The position numbers were made by a program, and so were the translations under genes. A stretch of DNA of 64,000 nt from Callorhinchus milii. Taxonomy: Eukaryota. Under the pieces are notes generated by a model. The model had not been told where the DNA came from. It was given only the letters and a program-made list of their open reading frames with translations, and made no database searches. The stretch lies in the NCBI RefSeq assembly GCF_018977255.1, contig NW_024704742.1:17176001-17240000 (forward strand). Direction: 5' to 3'. Shown here one piece after another: positions 37,936 through 49,495 of the stretch; positions within the stretch are counted from its first letter, which is position 1, and every line of letters begins with the position of its first letter.

Positions 37936-38994
37936 ATCAGAAAAATATTGTTAGAAAAGGATGACGGGACCTACGCACAGATAGACAGCAATCTGGGCCA
38001 TTTCGTACAGGTGCAAAAGGATCAAAAGTGCTCATCTGGTACCAATGTTGATGTGAAAGGAAACAGCAGCCGTGGAGCAGAGGAGATTAACAATGTATGT
38101 AATGAAAGGTCAAGCAGGCGTTCCTCTCTTAAAATTCCCACTGGGACAGTTCGAGCCACCTCCTTCGAGTTTTACAATGAAACCAGTGTTGATGTGAAGT
38201 TCAGGAAGGCTTCTCCTGCTGATGTACTCAAAAATAGTCAGGCTATGGAGAAAACCCCCAAATATCCCTCACCTCCGTCTTACGGAAATGCTACCAGGAG
38301 TAGTTCACGGAGCACAGTGCATCGAGTGGAAAAGAAAGATGGGAGTCATGACATTGGAGCACAGAGACTGAGAGTCAATTCACAGGCAAATGGCCTTCAG
38401 GACCCATCAGAAGTTAGAGCTTACAATCTTGCTGAGAACATTAGTTCTGTCATTATCCGCCCTAACCAGAAACGTGTACAACATTGCAAAACTGAACCGA
38501 GAGACCATGGAGCAACAGCAGAAGACTTTGGTAACCCAAAGCAAAGTTCTGTGGATCATTATGCTTCCAACTCAAGCATTTATGCGATTTATGACGTCCC
38601 CCGACCCTGCTCATGTTCCTCCCTATCTGTAGGGTGCCAGGGTTTGCCACTGCCTCCGTCAACCACGGCCTCCCATCACGAACCTCTGAAACGCTGCTTG
38701 AGTGAAATGAGTTCTTCTGCTTTCAAGCTGTCACATGATGTGCATCAGGATAGCAAGTGTCCAGTGTCCAGGCCAGTGACCTTTCCGAGCCATGAGAACT
38801 ATGATACTGAGTTTAAGAATCTGAAGGAATCCTCTTCCAAGGACTCCGGTGTTGCTTCATACGTGGATTCCCAGTTGCTAGATTTAATTCCTGAGGGAAA
38901 TGAACCTCATATTGACTCAGCAAATGAGCTAGAATCTGTGGAGAGACAACAATCTGACAAGGATCTCGGTGGAGATAAAAGTCTATTCATTTAA
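37936..38994 (+). CDS. Novel type I membrane protein, terminal exon (352 aa of cytoplasmic tail)
   Basis: Acceptor TTTGGTTTGTTTCAG|ATC in phase 0; 1059-nt non-repetitive open frame ending in TAA; basic juxtamembrane IRK; Ser-rich with 10 Tyr. Confidence 0.88.
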   Translation: MRKILLEKDDGTYAQIDSNLGHFVQVQKDQKCSSGTNVDVKGNSSRGAEEINNVCNERSSRRSSLKIPTGTVRATSFEFYNETSVDVKFRKASPADVLKNSQAMEKTPKYPSPPSYGNATRSSSRSTVHRVEKKDGSHDIGAQRLRVNSQANGLQDPSEVRAYNLAENISSVIIRPNQKRVQHCKTEPRDHGATAEDFGNPKQSSVDHYASNSSIYAIYDVPRPCSCSSLSVGCQGLPLPPSTTASHHEPLKRCLSEMSSSAFKLSHDVHQDSKCPVSRPVTFPSHENYDTEFKNLKESSSKDSGVASYVDSQLLDLIPEGNEPHIDSANELESVERQQSDKDLGGDKSLFI

Positions 38995-39543
38995 TGCAAA
39001 TTGTAATGCTATCTTTAAAACGGAAAGGGAAGGTGCTAAGATGGCATACTGGAGGCACTTTTGGTTGTATTGTACCATCAGTTAATGATTACTGTCTTGC
39101 TTTCCACATATGAGATGAGAAATTGTGGTTTATAACAGTCTTTAAATGTCAACTGTTTTGGACTGCAACCCCCTCACCCCTACCCCACACCCTCCCGCAA
39201 CTTGACTGTGGCACCATTTTACCCCAAGCCTCCGACCTTTGCCATTGTTGCTGCCCAAGGAACATATTTGTGCCACTGAGTGAGAAAACAGCCTGATTGC
39301 CTGTATACTTGAACACCAAGATAGAGGAATGATTCTCCCAGATAAATGATTAAATCCATGGGCCCAACAATTCATCAATAGAAAAAAGAACAATCTCAAA
39401 TTGACGACCAAAATGCAAGCATCTTTTGTGCAGTAAAACAGCTGGGACTGAGCAAAATTTTAGCCCCAAAAATATACAGAGATGTTTCACAGAGAAAAAA
39501 ATGATAACCTTGGGATGGTAAAAAAATCGAACTCAGCAGTGTC

Positions 39544-39549
39544 AATAAA
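39544..39549 (+). terminator. Candidate polyadenylation signal of the novel gene
   Basis: AATAAA about 550 nt after the stop; an alternative AATAAA lies at 40114-40119. Confidence 0.4.
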
Positions 39550-40319
39550 TGTTAACACTGAGAAACACATCATTGATTCCTCGGACTGTGCTTGGTTTTT
39601 ATTATAATGTTGTTTAATGTATATAAATATCACAGTGTAAATCAAATGCAATCATATGTAGTGTGGTTTAAAATGATATGAAGGCCAGCATCATGTTATT
39701 TTGTGAAAAAATATCAATTATTATATTGATTTTTGTATGAAACAGTGCATTTTTCACTCCTGTATAACATAATCCAACCACTGGGTTATTTTGCTAAACT
39801 TGTTACATGCAATGAATTGATTGCTGTCAGATAAATACTATTCAACTTTCAGTAAGTTTCGCACATTTGTCCCCCTCATTTTTGAATGACTATAATACCA
39901 TTTTAATTTAGAAACCACATTAAGTTATAAATGCAATATTAAATTATACAATTAAAATTGCATTAAAGTAACTTCTAAGCACAAGGAAACAAAATCATAA
40001 ATCTTACCCAAACAGAGCAGGCTTGCAGTCATAAACTAATGTGCTGTGTGGAGAATAACTCTTTTAGATGTTGTCCATTGTCTACTCGTACCTGCATTCC
40101 CGAAAGTTAAGCTAATAAAACTCCCTTAAGCAGTACACTAAAATCTACTCACATATCATTTATTTACATCCCGAACCATGGTTTAATCTTCTGCTGAAGA
40201 TATGAATCCAGGAAACCTTTTGTACCACCTCGTTTCACCAGTTGTGCTGGTTAATTTGATCCACGTTGCCTGTTCCCCTTTCTTCAGCACTTCTTAGTTA
40301 CTTTTGTTCTAATTTTGAA

Positions 40320-40720
40320 GGACCAGTCACTGGGGATAGAGAATCTGCTCACTCAACTCCTCTTAACCCTGCAAGCCAAAGTCCTAAAGGGGATCGTGGT
40401 CCTAGCTGGACAAGCAGCAGGAAAGCTTGCAGACAATGTTATCAATGGCAAGTTATGTGGTTTTATCTGGTTAGACTAGAGCAATACCCCAAAGCACTCT
40501 TTGGGGTCTCCAAGCCTTGGCTTTTGCCAACCTATGCCAAATCTCTCCAGAATTAGGTAAGCAGGATGTGTCCCTCCAGGGAGAGAGAACGCATTCCATT
40601 CCAACAATCTATCTCTGGGATTTCCATGTGTAGATGGAATGCATGGAAATCTCAGTTTGGTTTGGATACTCTTAATAGTGATGGGGGATAGGTTTCCCCA
40701 TATGTCAGACATCCAGCTGA
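40320..40720. repeat. Unclassified interspersed repeat copy
   Basis: Colinear with ~4580-4973. Confidence 0.8.
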
Positions 40721-40721
40721 C

Positions 40722-41438
40722 CAACAACAACAACAACAACAACAAGATTCCATTTATTGAGCGCCTTTCACGTCGGGAGGACGTCCCAAGGTGCTGTACA
40801 GTTGGGTCAGGACCCAAGCAGGGGGAAATGGTCAGGGTGAGGGGAGGGAAGGGAGGGAGCGAGGAGGGGGTAGACAGTCGAGAGGGGAGCTGAAGGCATG
40901 GTCAAAGAGAAAGGTCTTGAGACTGGCCTTGAAGGAGGAAAGGGAGGAGGCGGCGAAGGCACTGGGGGATAGAGTTCCAGAGCCTCGGGGCTGAGAGGCT
41001 GAAGGCCCGGCCACTGATAGTAGGGCGGTTGGGGCGGGGGATGTGGAGCAGACCGGAGCCAGAGGAACGGAGGATACGGGCAGGTAAGTAGGGGGATAGT
41101 AGGTCAGAGAGGTAGGAGGGAGCAAGGCCGAGAATGGCCTTGTAGGTGAGGGTGAGGATCTTGAATTCGATCCTCTGGGGGATGGGGAGCCAGTGGAGGC
41201 GAGCGAGGGTGGGAGTGATGTGGTCCCGAAGCCTGGTGCGGGACAGTACACGAGCTGCAGAGTTCTGAATGACCTGCAGCTTGTGGAGGGAGGTGCCGGG
41301 AAGGCCGGCGAGGAGAGAGTTCCCATAGTCCAGCTTTGAGGTGATAAAGGCGTGGACCAGAGTTTCAGCAGCGTGAGGGGTGAGGTAGTGCCGTAGTCTG
41401 GCGACATTCCGGAGGTGATGGAAGGCGGTGCCAGTTGT
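40722..41438 (-). mobile_element. Young 5'-truncated L2 LINE (copy 1 of a near-identical pair)
   Basis: (CAA)n tail and L2 ORF2 C-terminus; GACCAA on both sides is a likely target-site duplication. Confidence 0.9.
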
Positions 41439-41794
41439 TAGACCAAAAAATGTTTTTAAAAAATTTGAAACTACAATTCCATATACAGCAGAAAAACCTA
41501 TTGGTAATCAAATGTTCCAAATCCTCATCATTTTAAACACCTTTATAAGATCCCCTCTCAGCCTAAATTTTTAATAACCAGGTTGGGCTAACCACAGGTT
41601 GATCAATCCTTCTTTGTAGATCTGCCATAGAACCAAAGAACTTTACAGCATAGGAGGCCATTTGGCTGAGTGTTTCTGTGCTGGCTCCCTGAAAAAGCTA
41701 CCTATTTGGTCCAACGTTCCTGCCTTTTTTACCAGATTCTTTCATATTTCTCCTTTTCAGATATGTATCTAATACTCTCTAAAATTCAATAAAT

Positions 41795-42204
41795 GGAGTC
41801 CTGTAGCTCAGAACTCGCCTCGCAAGTGAGAGATCTGAGTTCTATTCCCAGTAGGGCAAAATGTTGGTCAAGTTTCTTTACTCCACAGACCTGTTTACCT
41901 AGCAGTAAGTAGGAACCCAGTTGTTAGTCGATTGGCAGATCGCTTTTCCGTGAGCAATAATCCCTAAAAAAAAATTTGGTCACTCATTCCACGACTGTTT
42001 GTGGGACACTGCTGTGTGCAATTGGCTGTTGTGTTTCACCCACAAATATACAATTCACTTTACCGTATATTCTGTGAAGCGCTTTGAGATGTCTAGAAGA
42101 CGCTTTGGTACGTCCTCCCGACGTGAAAGGTGCTCTATAAATGTAATTTTGTTGTTGTTCACGTGAAAAGCATTATATCAAATGCAACAATTATTATTAT
42201 TATT
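41795..42204 (+). mobile_element. Full-length SINE with a nested short L2 tail
   Basis: GGAGTCCTGTAGCTCAG head; L2 stem-loop and (TTG)n at ~42100-42159 inside the SINE tail; another L2 tail at ~42226-42293. Confidence 0.8.
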
Positions 42205-44591
42205 AAAAGTTAATAAGGATTCTGCCAGCGCCTTGGGACGTCCTCCTGACGTGAAAGGCGCTTTATAAATGGAATCTTGTTGTTGTTGTTGTTGCCTCAG
42301 TCACACGTCTAGGTAGAGCAACCTGTCTTTACAGCCCTCTGTGTAAAACATTGCCCCTAACCTTGATGCAACAGCACTTGTGGTACACAAGGTACAATTG
42401 TAGAGAATTCCACTTGCAGTCCAGACTCTCATGTTGAGGAACGCATCTACACACAAATGGAACATGGCAATTTACAGTAATTGCTGCCGTCATGTGGAAC
42501 AACTAAACTTTGAACAAAAGTAAAAGCAGAATTGACACACAGAACTGTTCCAGATCAGGTGATATGCTCACTTCTCTGTCAGGCAGTTTTCTTTAGTGAA
42601 ATGACTGTAACTGGGAAGGGTAGTTCTGTATTGTGCACAAAACCTGAATGTTCTTGCTTGTGGTATTTACTGATATGATCAACAACAAATTAGAGGACAT
42701 CTCAAAGCGCTGATCAACACGGTAATCGCACATGAACGGCACTTGAAGAAATAACCAAATTGACAAGGGCTACAGGGTAACATTTTATCTTTATCACAAA
42801 CACAAGAAATAGCAAAACACAACAGTGACAGCTCAGTATATTTTGTGCTATAAGGACGTGAACATATGCCGATTTGTTTTCTCAGCTATTTCTGAGGTAA
42901 CAGAACAAGATAGTGTCCAGAAACAATATATTGTACTACATCTCTTCATTGTATAATACAGTAAGATGATTCTGTGTAATGGCTTCACATCACAATTCTT
43001 TGAAGTTATGAGTTGACATTGGACAATTCGAGGATATTGTGACAACACACAGATTTAAGTGGACCACAGCCAAAAGCCCGTGGATCAGGTTTTGTGGCAT
43101 TGTTATTTCTATTCAGTTCATTATAAAATGTACTTTAGAGAACATGGCAATAGTGTTGTAGTGTCGATGTGCAGACTTTTAACACTTTTACATTCAGTCA
43201 ATTTATGATATATGTTCTTTCAGTAGTTTTCGCTTACTTGTAGTAAATGGGAGTGCAGATGCTGTGGTTTTTAAACATCCAAATGTATCCATGTTTGACC
43301 CTGGTTTAAAACCTTTCCATGCAACTGAAGCTGTACATATGACACAGAAGGGGTGAAAAATGCAACGTTTTGCTAATGGATTCAATGTCCTGATGATCAC
43401 ATTAAATGTGTTATGAATTATTACATCTTTCACTCTGGAGATTGTTTGCGGATATGGATGTAAACTTCAGGTTAAGATCCCACTTGTAGGTATTCAGCCT
43501 TTCATTTTTACTAAGATCCTCCCTCTTATAGTGATACCATGTTATCACAGCAACAACGGACTGTCAATTTCTACAGCTACTTCTTGCTAGAGAATTTGTG
43601 AAACATGTTTGGGTATTCTGTCTCCACTTGGTATAGCGAACTAAATCAGAAATCACTGCAGGGTTACTGTGTCAGGCCGGAGATGGTTATCGTGCTTTTT
43701 CTTTCCTTTCATACCATGTATCCCAGTGTAGAAATGTGCATCATATAACTTGGTACTGATGTGATAAAAAGGGTTCTCGCACTCAGAAATCTTGGGTATT
43801 AAAAAAATCACTCTGATCAGCTCAATTGTAAAATAATTGATAATAACCTACTTCAATGTGGGTTCAGTTTGAACTTAATGTAAAACTTCTGATGGCCTCT
43901 TACAGTGATACTTTTGATACATTTAAACCAAACTTCTAATAAGGATATATTTTTTTTAATTTGAAACCCAAAGAGCCCTTTGGTTTGATACCAATGCCTT
44001 CTGGACTTAGCTGAATAGTTGGAATGCTCAAGAATGATCAGCAAATTTTCAAATCACATCAAGGGTGAGAATCACCCTGCTTTGTCACTACAAATAAACT
44101 TAGAATATTTTCAAAGATAATCTACATAAACAAGAGAAGGCCATGCACACTTCACTTATCATGTACATCCCACCACTTATTAAGGTGGAGGGGTGTTGGG
44201 AGGGAAGGAAGGAAAACACCATGATATTTTTAGGTTAGAAAACATCACTTAAAATAAAAAATATAAAGGTAGAAACATGGGGCAATGGTAACAAAGCAAC
44301 TGCAGAGAACACATGAAGGGGCTAGTGTGAATTGATATTTGATTCTATCAGTCAACCTGGAATCCCTACTGAATGGCAACCTACAGACCAGCTGAACAAC
44401 GGCATGATTTTAACTGGAGGGACATCACATTGTTCACCTCACATGTCACCATCACCTCCTAAATCCCTGGATTCAAGTCATATTCAAACACATGGAAACA
44501 GGGAAACATAAATAATTAAATGACTAAAAAATTTGAGATGCCACACGTCTCCTACGAAGCACACGACTGAAAAGGAACAAATTCCTTTTCT

Positions 44592-44690
44592 TTAGAAGTT
44601 CAGCGTTTGCGACATCATCTTCCACCACTGCAACATTTCTTCCTTCTCCTCTTCTTTTCTTTCGGCAAAAGACTCCAGAGCAAAGTTGAC
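44592..44690 (-). CDS. CPE: Carboxypeptidase E, last coding exon (exon 9)
   Basis: [32 protein letters not shown] is the CPE-specific C-terminus; acceptor AAG|GTC; 99 nt including TAA. Confidence 0.96.
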   Translation of the reverse strand, partial: VNFALESFAERKEEEKEEMLQWWKMMSQTLNF

Positions 44691-44911
44691 CTTGATGTGG
44701 ACGAGGGGTGAGGGAGGGGGTGAGGGAGAAGAAAGAAAAACATGAATCAATGATGTTTGAGCATAGGTTTCTTACTGTAACGGCAGATAATGTGTTACCC
44801 ACATTCTTTAAGACTGGGCGGAGGAATAAACCCCCTTCTATCATCTGACTTTTACACCATGGCTGTACACGAGCATAACTTTGTCAATCTCGTTCTTTGT
44901 GAAAGAATGTG

Positions 44912-45797
44912 CCAACAACAACAACAACAAGATTCCATTTATTGAGCGCCTTTCACGTCGGGAGGACGTCCCAAGGCGCTGTACAGTTGGGTCAGGACCC
45001 GAGCAGGGGGGAAATGGTCAGGGTGAGGGGAGGGAAGGGAGGGAGCAAGGAGGAGGTAGAGAGTCGAGAGGGGAGCTGAAGGCATGGTCAAAGAGAAAGG
45101 TCTTGAGACCGGCCTTGAAGGAGGAAAGGGAGGAGGCGGCGAAGGAACTGGGGGATAGAGTTCCAGAGCCTCGGGGCTGAGAGGCTGAAGGCCCGGCCAC
45201 CGATGGTAGGGCGGTTGGGGCGGGGGATGTGGAGCAGACCGGAGCCAGAGGAATGGAGGGTACGGGCAGGTAGGTAGAGGGATAGTAGGTCGGAGAGGTA
45301 GGAGGGAACAGGGCCGCGAATGGCCTTGTAGGTGAGGATGAGGATCTTGAATTCGATCCTCTGGGGGATGGGGAGCCAGGGGAGGCGAGCGAGGGTGGGA
45401 GTGATGTGGTCCCGAAGCCTGGTGTGGGACAGTACACGAGCTGCAGAGTTCTGAATGACCTGCAGCTTGTGGAGGGAGGTGCCGAGAAGGCCGACGAGGA
45501 GAGAGTTCCCATAGTCCAGCCTTGAGATGATAAAGGCGTGGACCAGAGTTTCAGCAGCGTGAGGGGTGAGGTAGTGCCGTAGTCTGACGACATTCCGGAG
45601 GTGATGGAAGGCGGTGCCAGTTGTTAGACCAAAAAATGTTTTTAAAAAATTTGAAACTACAATTCCATATACAGCAGTTGTGCGGTGCCAGTTGTGGCGC
45701 GGATATGAGGGAGAAAGGACAGCTCAGGGTCAAACAGAACCCCGAGGTTCCTGACTGGCTTTGAGTGGTTTAGAGTGCAGCCTTGGATGCTGAGTGT
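44912..45797 (-). mobile_element. Young L2 LINE in CPE intron 8 (copy 2 of the pair)
   Basis: Nearly identical to 40722-41438, extends further 5', and carries a 53-bp foreign insert. Confidence 0.9.
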
Positions 45798-46233
45798 TCA
45801 TGACTGAGGCCCTTCAATTATTTGTGTCACCCAGTTGCTTTTTTCAATCCACTGCCCACCGCAAACAGAAACTTTCATCCCCATCCCCTGGGTTCGATGA
45901 TTCCACAGATAAAAAAAAGCAGGGGTTGGGGCAAAACTCCTAAAGTCACACTGTGCCATTTTCCCAACAACTTTAATTTTGAAGCGATAAGAATTACAAT
46001 AACCGGATTTCAAAGTTAAGACTGAATTCAACAATATTAACTATTCAAATATTCTATTCGACTTTTATCAATGTTAACAGAGTAAATCTAGAACCAGATA
46101 GAATTTCTACCCCACTGTTTCGTAACATGTGGGAACCTTTGGTTCTGCGCCTACAAATGGTATATACCATTATAAACGGTCAATCAGTGAAAGCGAGTTA
46201 GACACCATCATTGTTTTTTTTATATATAAGTTA

Positions 46234-46386
<153 letters not shown>

Positions 46387-48007
46387 TTAAGTACAGTTTA
46401 ATGGACAATAGGCATGCAAGGTTCACTATAGTGTTGGGGGGCATTTATATTTCCCCCATGGATGCACGTGTATCAGAATTAGACATAAGTATTATCAGTG
46501 AGTAGAGGAGGCTTTCCAAGTGGACAATCAGTTACACAATCACGGGAAATACTAGAAGTGGGAATTTTAGCTGCAAAGACACAACTAATGACCAAAATGC
46601 TAAATGACTATTTTCCTTCCAAGTTTCACTTATGAACTAAGTCCATTTGTCGGGTAAGACCAATGCCCCGCCTACTTGTTCAAGTGGACATTAGAGATCC
46701 AGTAACACTATTTGCAGACGAGAGGTGGGTTTCCTGGCTAACAATCCTCTAGATAAAATTGGTCATGCAGTTTGTGAGTCATTGATGTGTGTAAACTGGC
46801 TGCTGCGTTGGCTTACACTTCACTTTACAGAAATTCCCTGTGAAGTGCTATAGGTACTATATCAAAATGCAAGGATTATTATTAAATCATTTCATGATAA
46901 TTCAGAATAAAAGTAACAGGATATTTGATTTTCTCCGTTTCTAACTCTATACTTCTTAAAGAGATATTCTCTCCAATTTTCTCTCCTGAAGGCACTGAGT
47001 CAAGCTGGTTGTCCTTCTGCACTTTGCTGACTTTCATCATATATGAGTCTGGACAATGGGCATCAATGGACTATACCTAGGGGAGGCATCATTACAGAGT
47101 CTAATCCTGTTCTCAGTGACATCCACTTGCCAGCAGGGATCGCTGGATAATGGCTGCTTTTCCCCTTCCTTAGATCAAAGTGCTATGGCAAATTGTAGTA
47201 GGGCCACCTGCATCCCAACAAAGAGTCAGGGCAGGGCTTGAAGTTATGCCCTTCAGGGTCTTATATGCACTGCACCAACTGAATCACTGTTTAGCAACAT
47301 GGAACAGGAGTGGGCAATTCCACACAGTGACCCTGCACTCCTAAATCTATGACAATTCTTCAATTCCATTCCCTACTTTTTCCACACATCTCGTAACATC
47401 CTAATTTACCAATTATTGCTCTGATATTCCACTTAACCTCAGCCTGTGAGATAATTTTGTCTTAAAAGTTAACATTGTGCAGAACTATGCAAAATTCTTC
47501 ACTACAATCTTAATTTTCAAGTCGTTTTTCTACAATGCTTAAGAACAACTTTGGTGATAACCTCAACATTCCATTTAAAGCCAGATATGACAGCAAGTGC
47601 CAAACAGCGTCAGTCGTGAGAAATCTAACCGCTTTGCTTCCCTCAGAACCAGACACAAAACCAGATCCATTTGGTCCCGTGCAGCTGTTGTGAGTTTTCT
47701 TTTCGTTCTTTACAAAAATGACAAGAAAATACCTTGAAGCAACAGATTCAATTAGTGGAGAGCATTGAGTTACTCACTCTGATTAATATTTGAAACCTGA
47801 TTACTGAGTGCGCCCAGACCCTTTACCCCCAACCCCACAACATCTTTAACCTCGCAGCTTTCAGCAGGCAAGTAACTGAGAAATTCCAAGTGAGCCGCAA
47901 ATACCACACACAGATGTGAGGCTGACACCCCCGGGTGACATCATGTTGGCATGTTCACAAATGTGACTAAATAGTGTTGCAAATTACTGATTCCAGAGAA
48001 AATGTCC

Positions 48008-48295
48008 TGACCCTCAGTCTCTCACTCAAAACCAGCCTAACCTTTTGTCTCATATCCAAAACTAGCTTCACCATTAGTCTCTCACCCAAACTAGACTGAC
48101 TCTTAGTCTCTCACCCAAACCAGTCTGACTCTTAGTCTCTCACTCAAAACCAGTCTGACCTTTTGGCTCAAAAAACAAGCCTGACTCAGTCTCTCACAAC
48201 GAACCAACCTAACTCTCCATCTCTCACTCAGAACAGTCTGACTTTTATCTCTCACCCAAAGCAATCTGACCCTCTATATCTCATCTAAAACAACC
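48008..48295. repeat. ~30-bp minisatellite in CPE intron 7
   Basis: About 9 diverged units of CTGACTCTTAGTCTCTCACCCAAAACCAGT, followed by (CA)n. Confidence 0.85.
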
Positions 48296-49099
48296 GTGTA
48301 CACACACACACACTTCATTTTCCCTTCTCATGGAGCAATACACTAATCAGATTGCCAGCTGCAACAGAAAGACTGCTGTGTCAGAAGCAGTGTAAGAACA
48401 AGACATTAATAACATGGGGATATTTGCGTGTTTGTCAGAAATTGTTGTAGTTGAGAGCATTTAAGGAAGTTACTGACAAATGGTGATAGAGCCCTGGTGT
48501 AAGTGTTGAATGCAGGGATCATTATAAGGTACACTTCCCTGTTCTGCCATCTTTTAGTTGGATTTAATCATTTGGAAATTATTTTATGAAGATGTACATT
48601 TTATTGGGTGAAAACAGGTTTGAAAAATAGGGGCACAAAAAAAATGTGGTGAGTGATATGATAATTATCACTGGTGAAAATGATTATATTGCGAGGCATT
48701 CCACTCCTGGAGATGGACCAGCTGAGAACTGCTCTGAGGAACTACTGTGGGAAGCCCCCCCACACACATTACCTTTAAGTAGTTTCACCCAGAAAAGATT
48801 TGGTCCAGATATTGGGCCAGCGGACAGAGCTTTTTATCCTGTCGCTGTATGACACCCAGCATTTAAGTGCTTGTCCCAAAAACACTGGCTTAATAATAAT
48901 CCTTGCATTTCATATAGCGTCTTATCAATCATTGAGACTTCTCAAAGCGCTTCACAGAATATACTGTAAAGTGACTTGACTGTGTATTTTGTGGACAAAA
49001 CTCAAAATCAAGAAGTTGCATAGATTTGCATAGATTGTACAGTGATTCAGCTCAACCAGTCTGCGCCAGTGTTTATACTCCCACACGAGTCTCCACCTA

Positions 49100-49495
49100 T
49101 ACACCTCTCGCCTATACCCTCTATTTCCTTCTCTCTCATGTGTATGAGGGGGAGGGGAACAAATAGTCTGCCAAATTATTTTCGCCCACAAAATATACAA
49201 TCAATTCATAGTATATTATATCACACACCACATTTTGCAGTTCCAATTGATACATCTCCCCCCCACCCCTCATTTTGTTTCAGATGGTTTCACCCAAACC
49301 TAACATTAAAAATAATCCTTCCATTTGATATAGCACCTTATCATATCTTCTAAACATCTCAAAGCACTTTACAGAATATACAGTAAAGTGAATTGATTGT
49401 ATTTTTGTGGGCAAAAATAATTTGCAAGACTATTTGTTTCTCTCTGCCCCATTCACACGAGGGAGAAGAGAATAGAAGGGTATGGGAGAGAGCAA
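49100..49495. repeat. Local inverted duplication (~105-bp arms)
   Basis: 49100-49208 matches the reverse complement of ~49390-49495, including the non-SINE linker AACAAATAGTCT..CAAATTATTTT. Confidence 0.75.

Noticed and set aside
43955..43960. ATTAAA on the minus strand as the CPE poly(A) signal
   Set aside because: Lies in an A-run; I found no canonical AATAAA, so the 3' end cannot be fixed from sequence.
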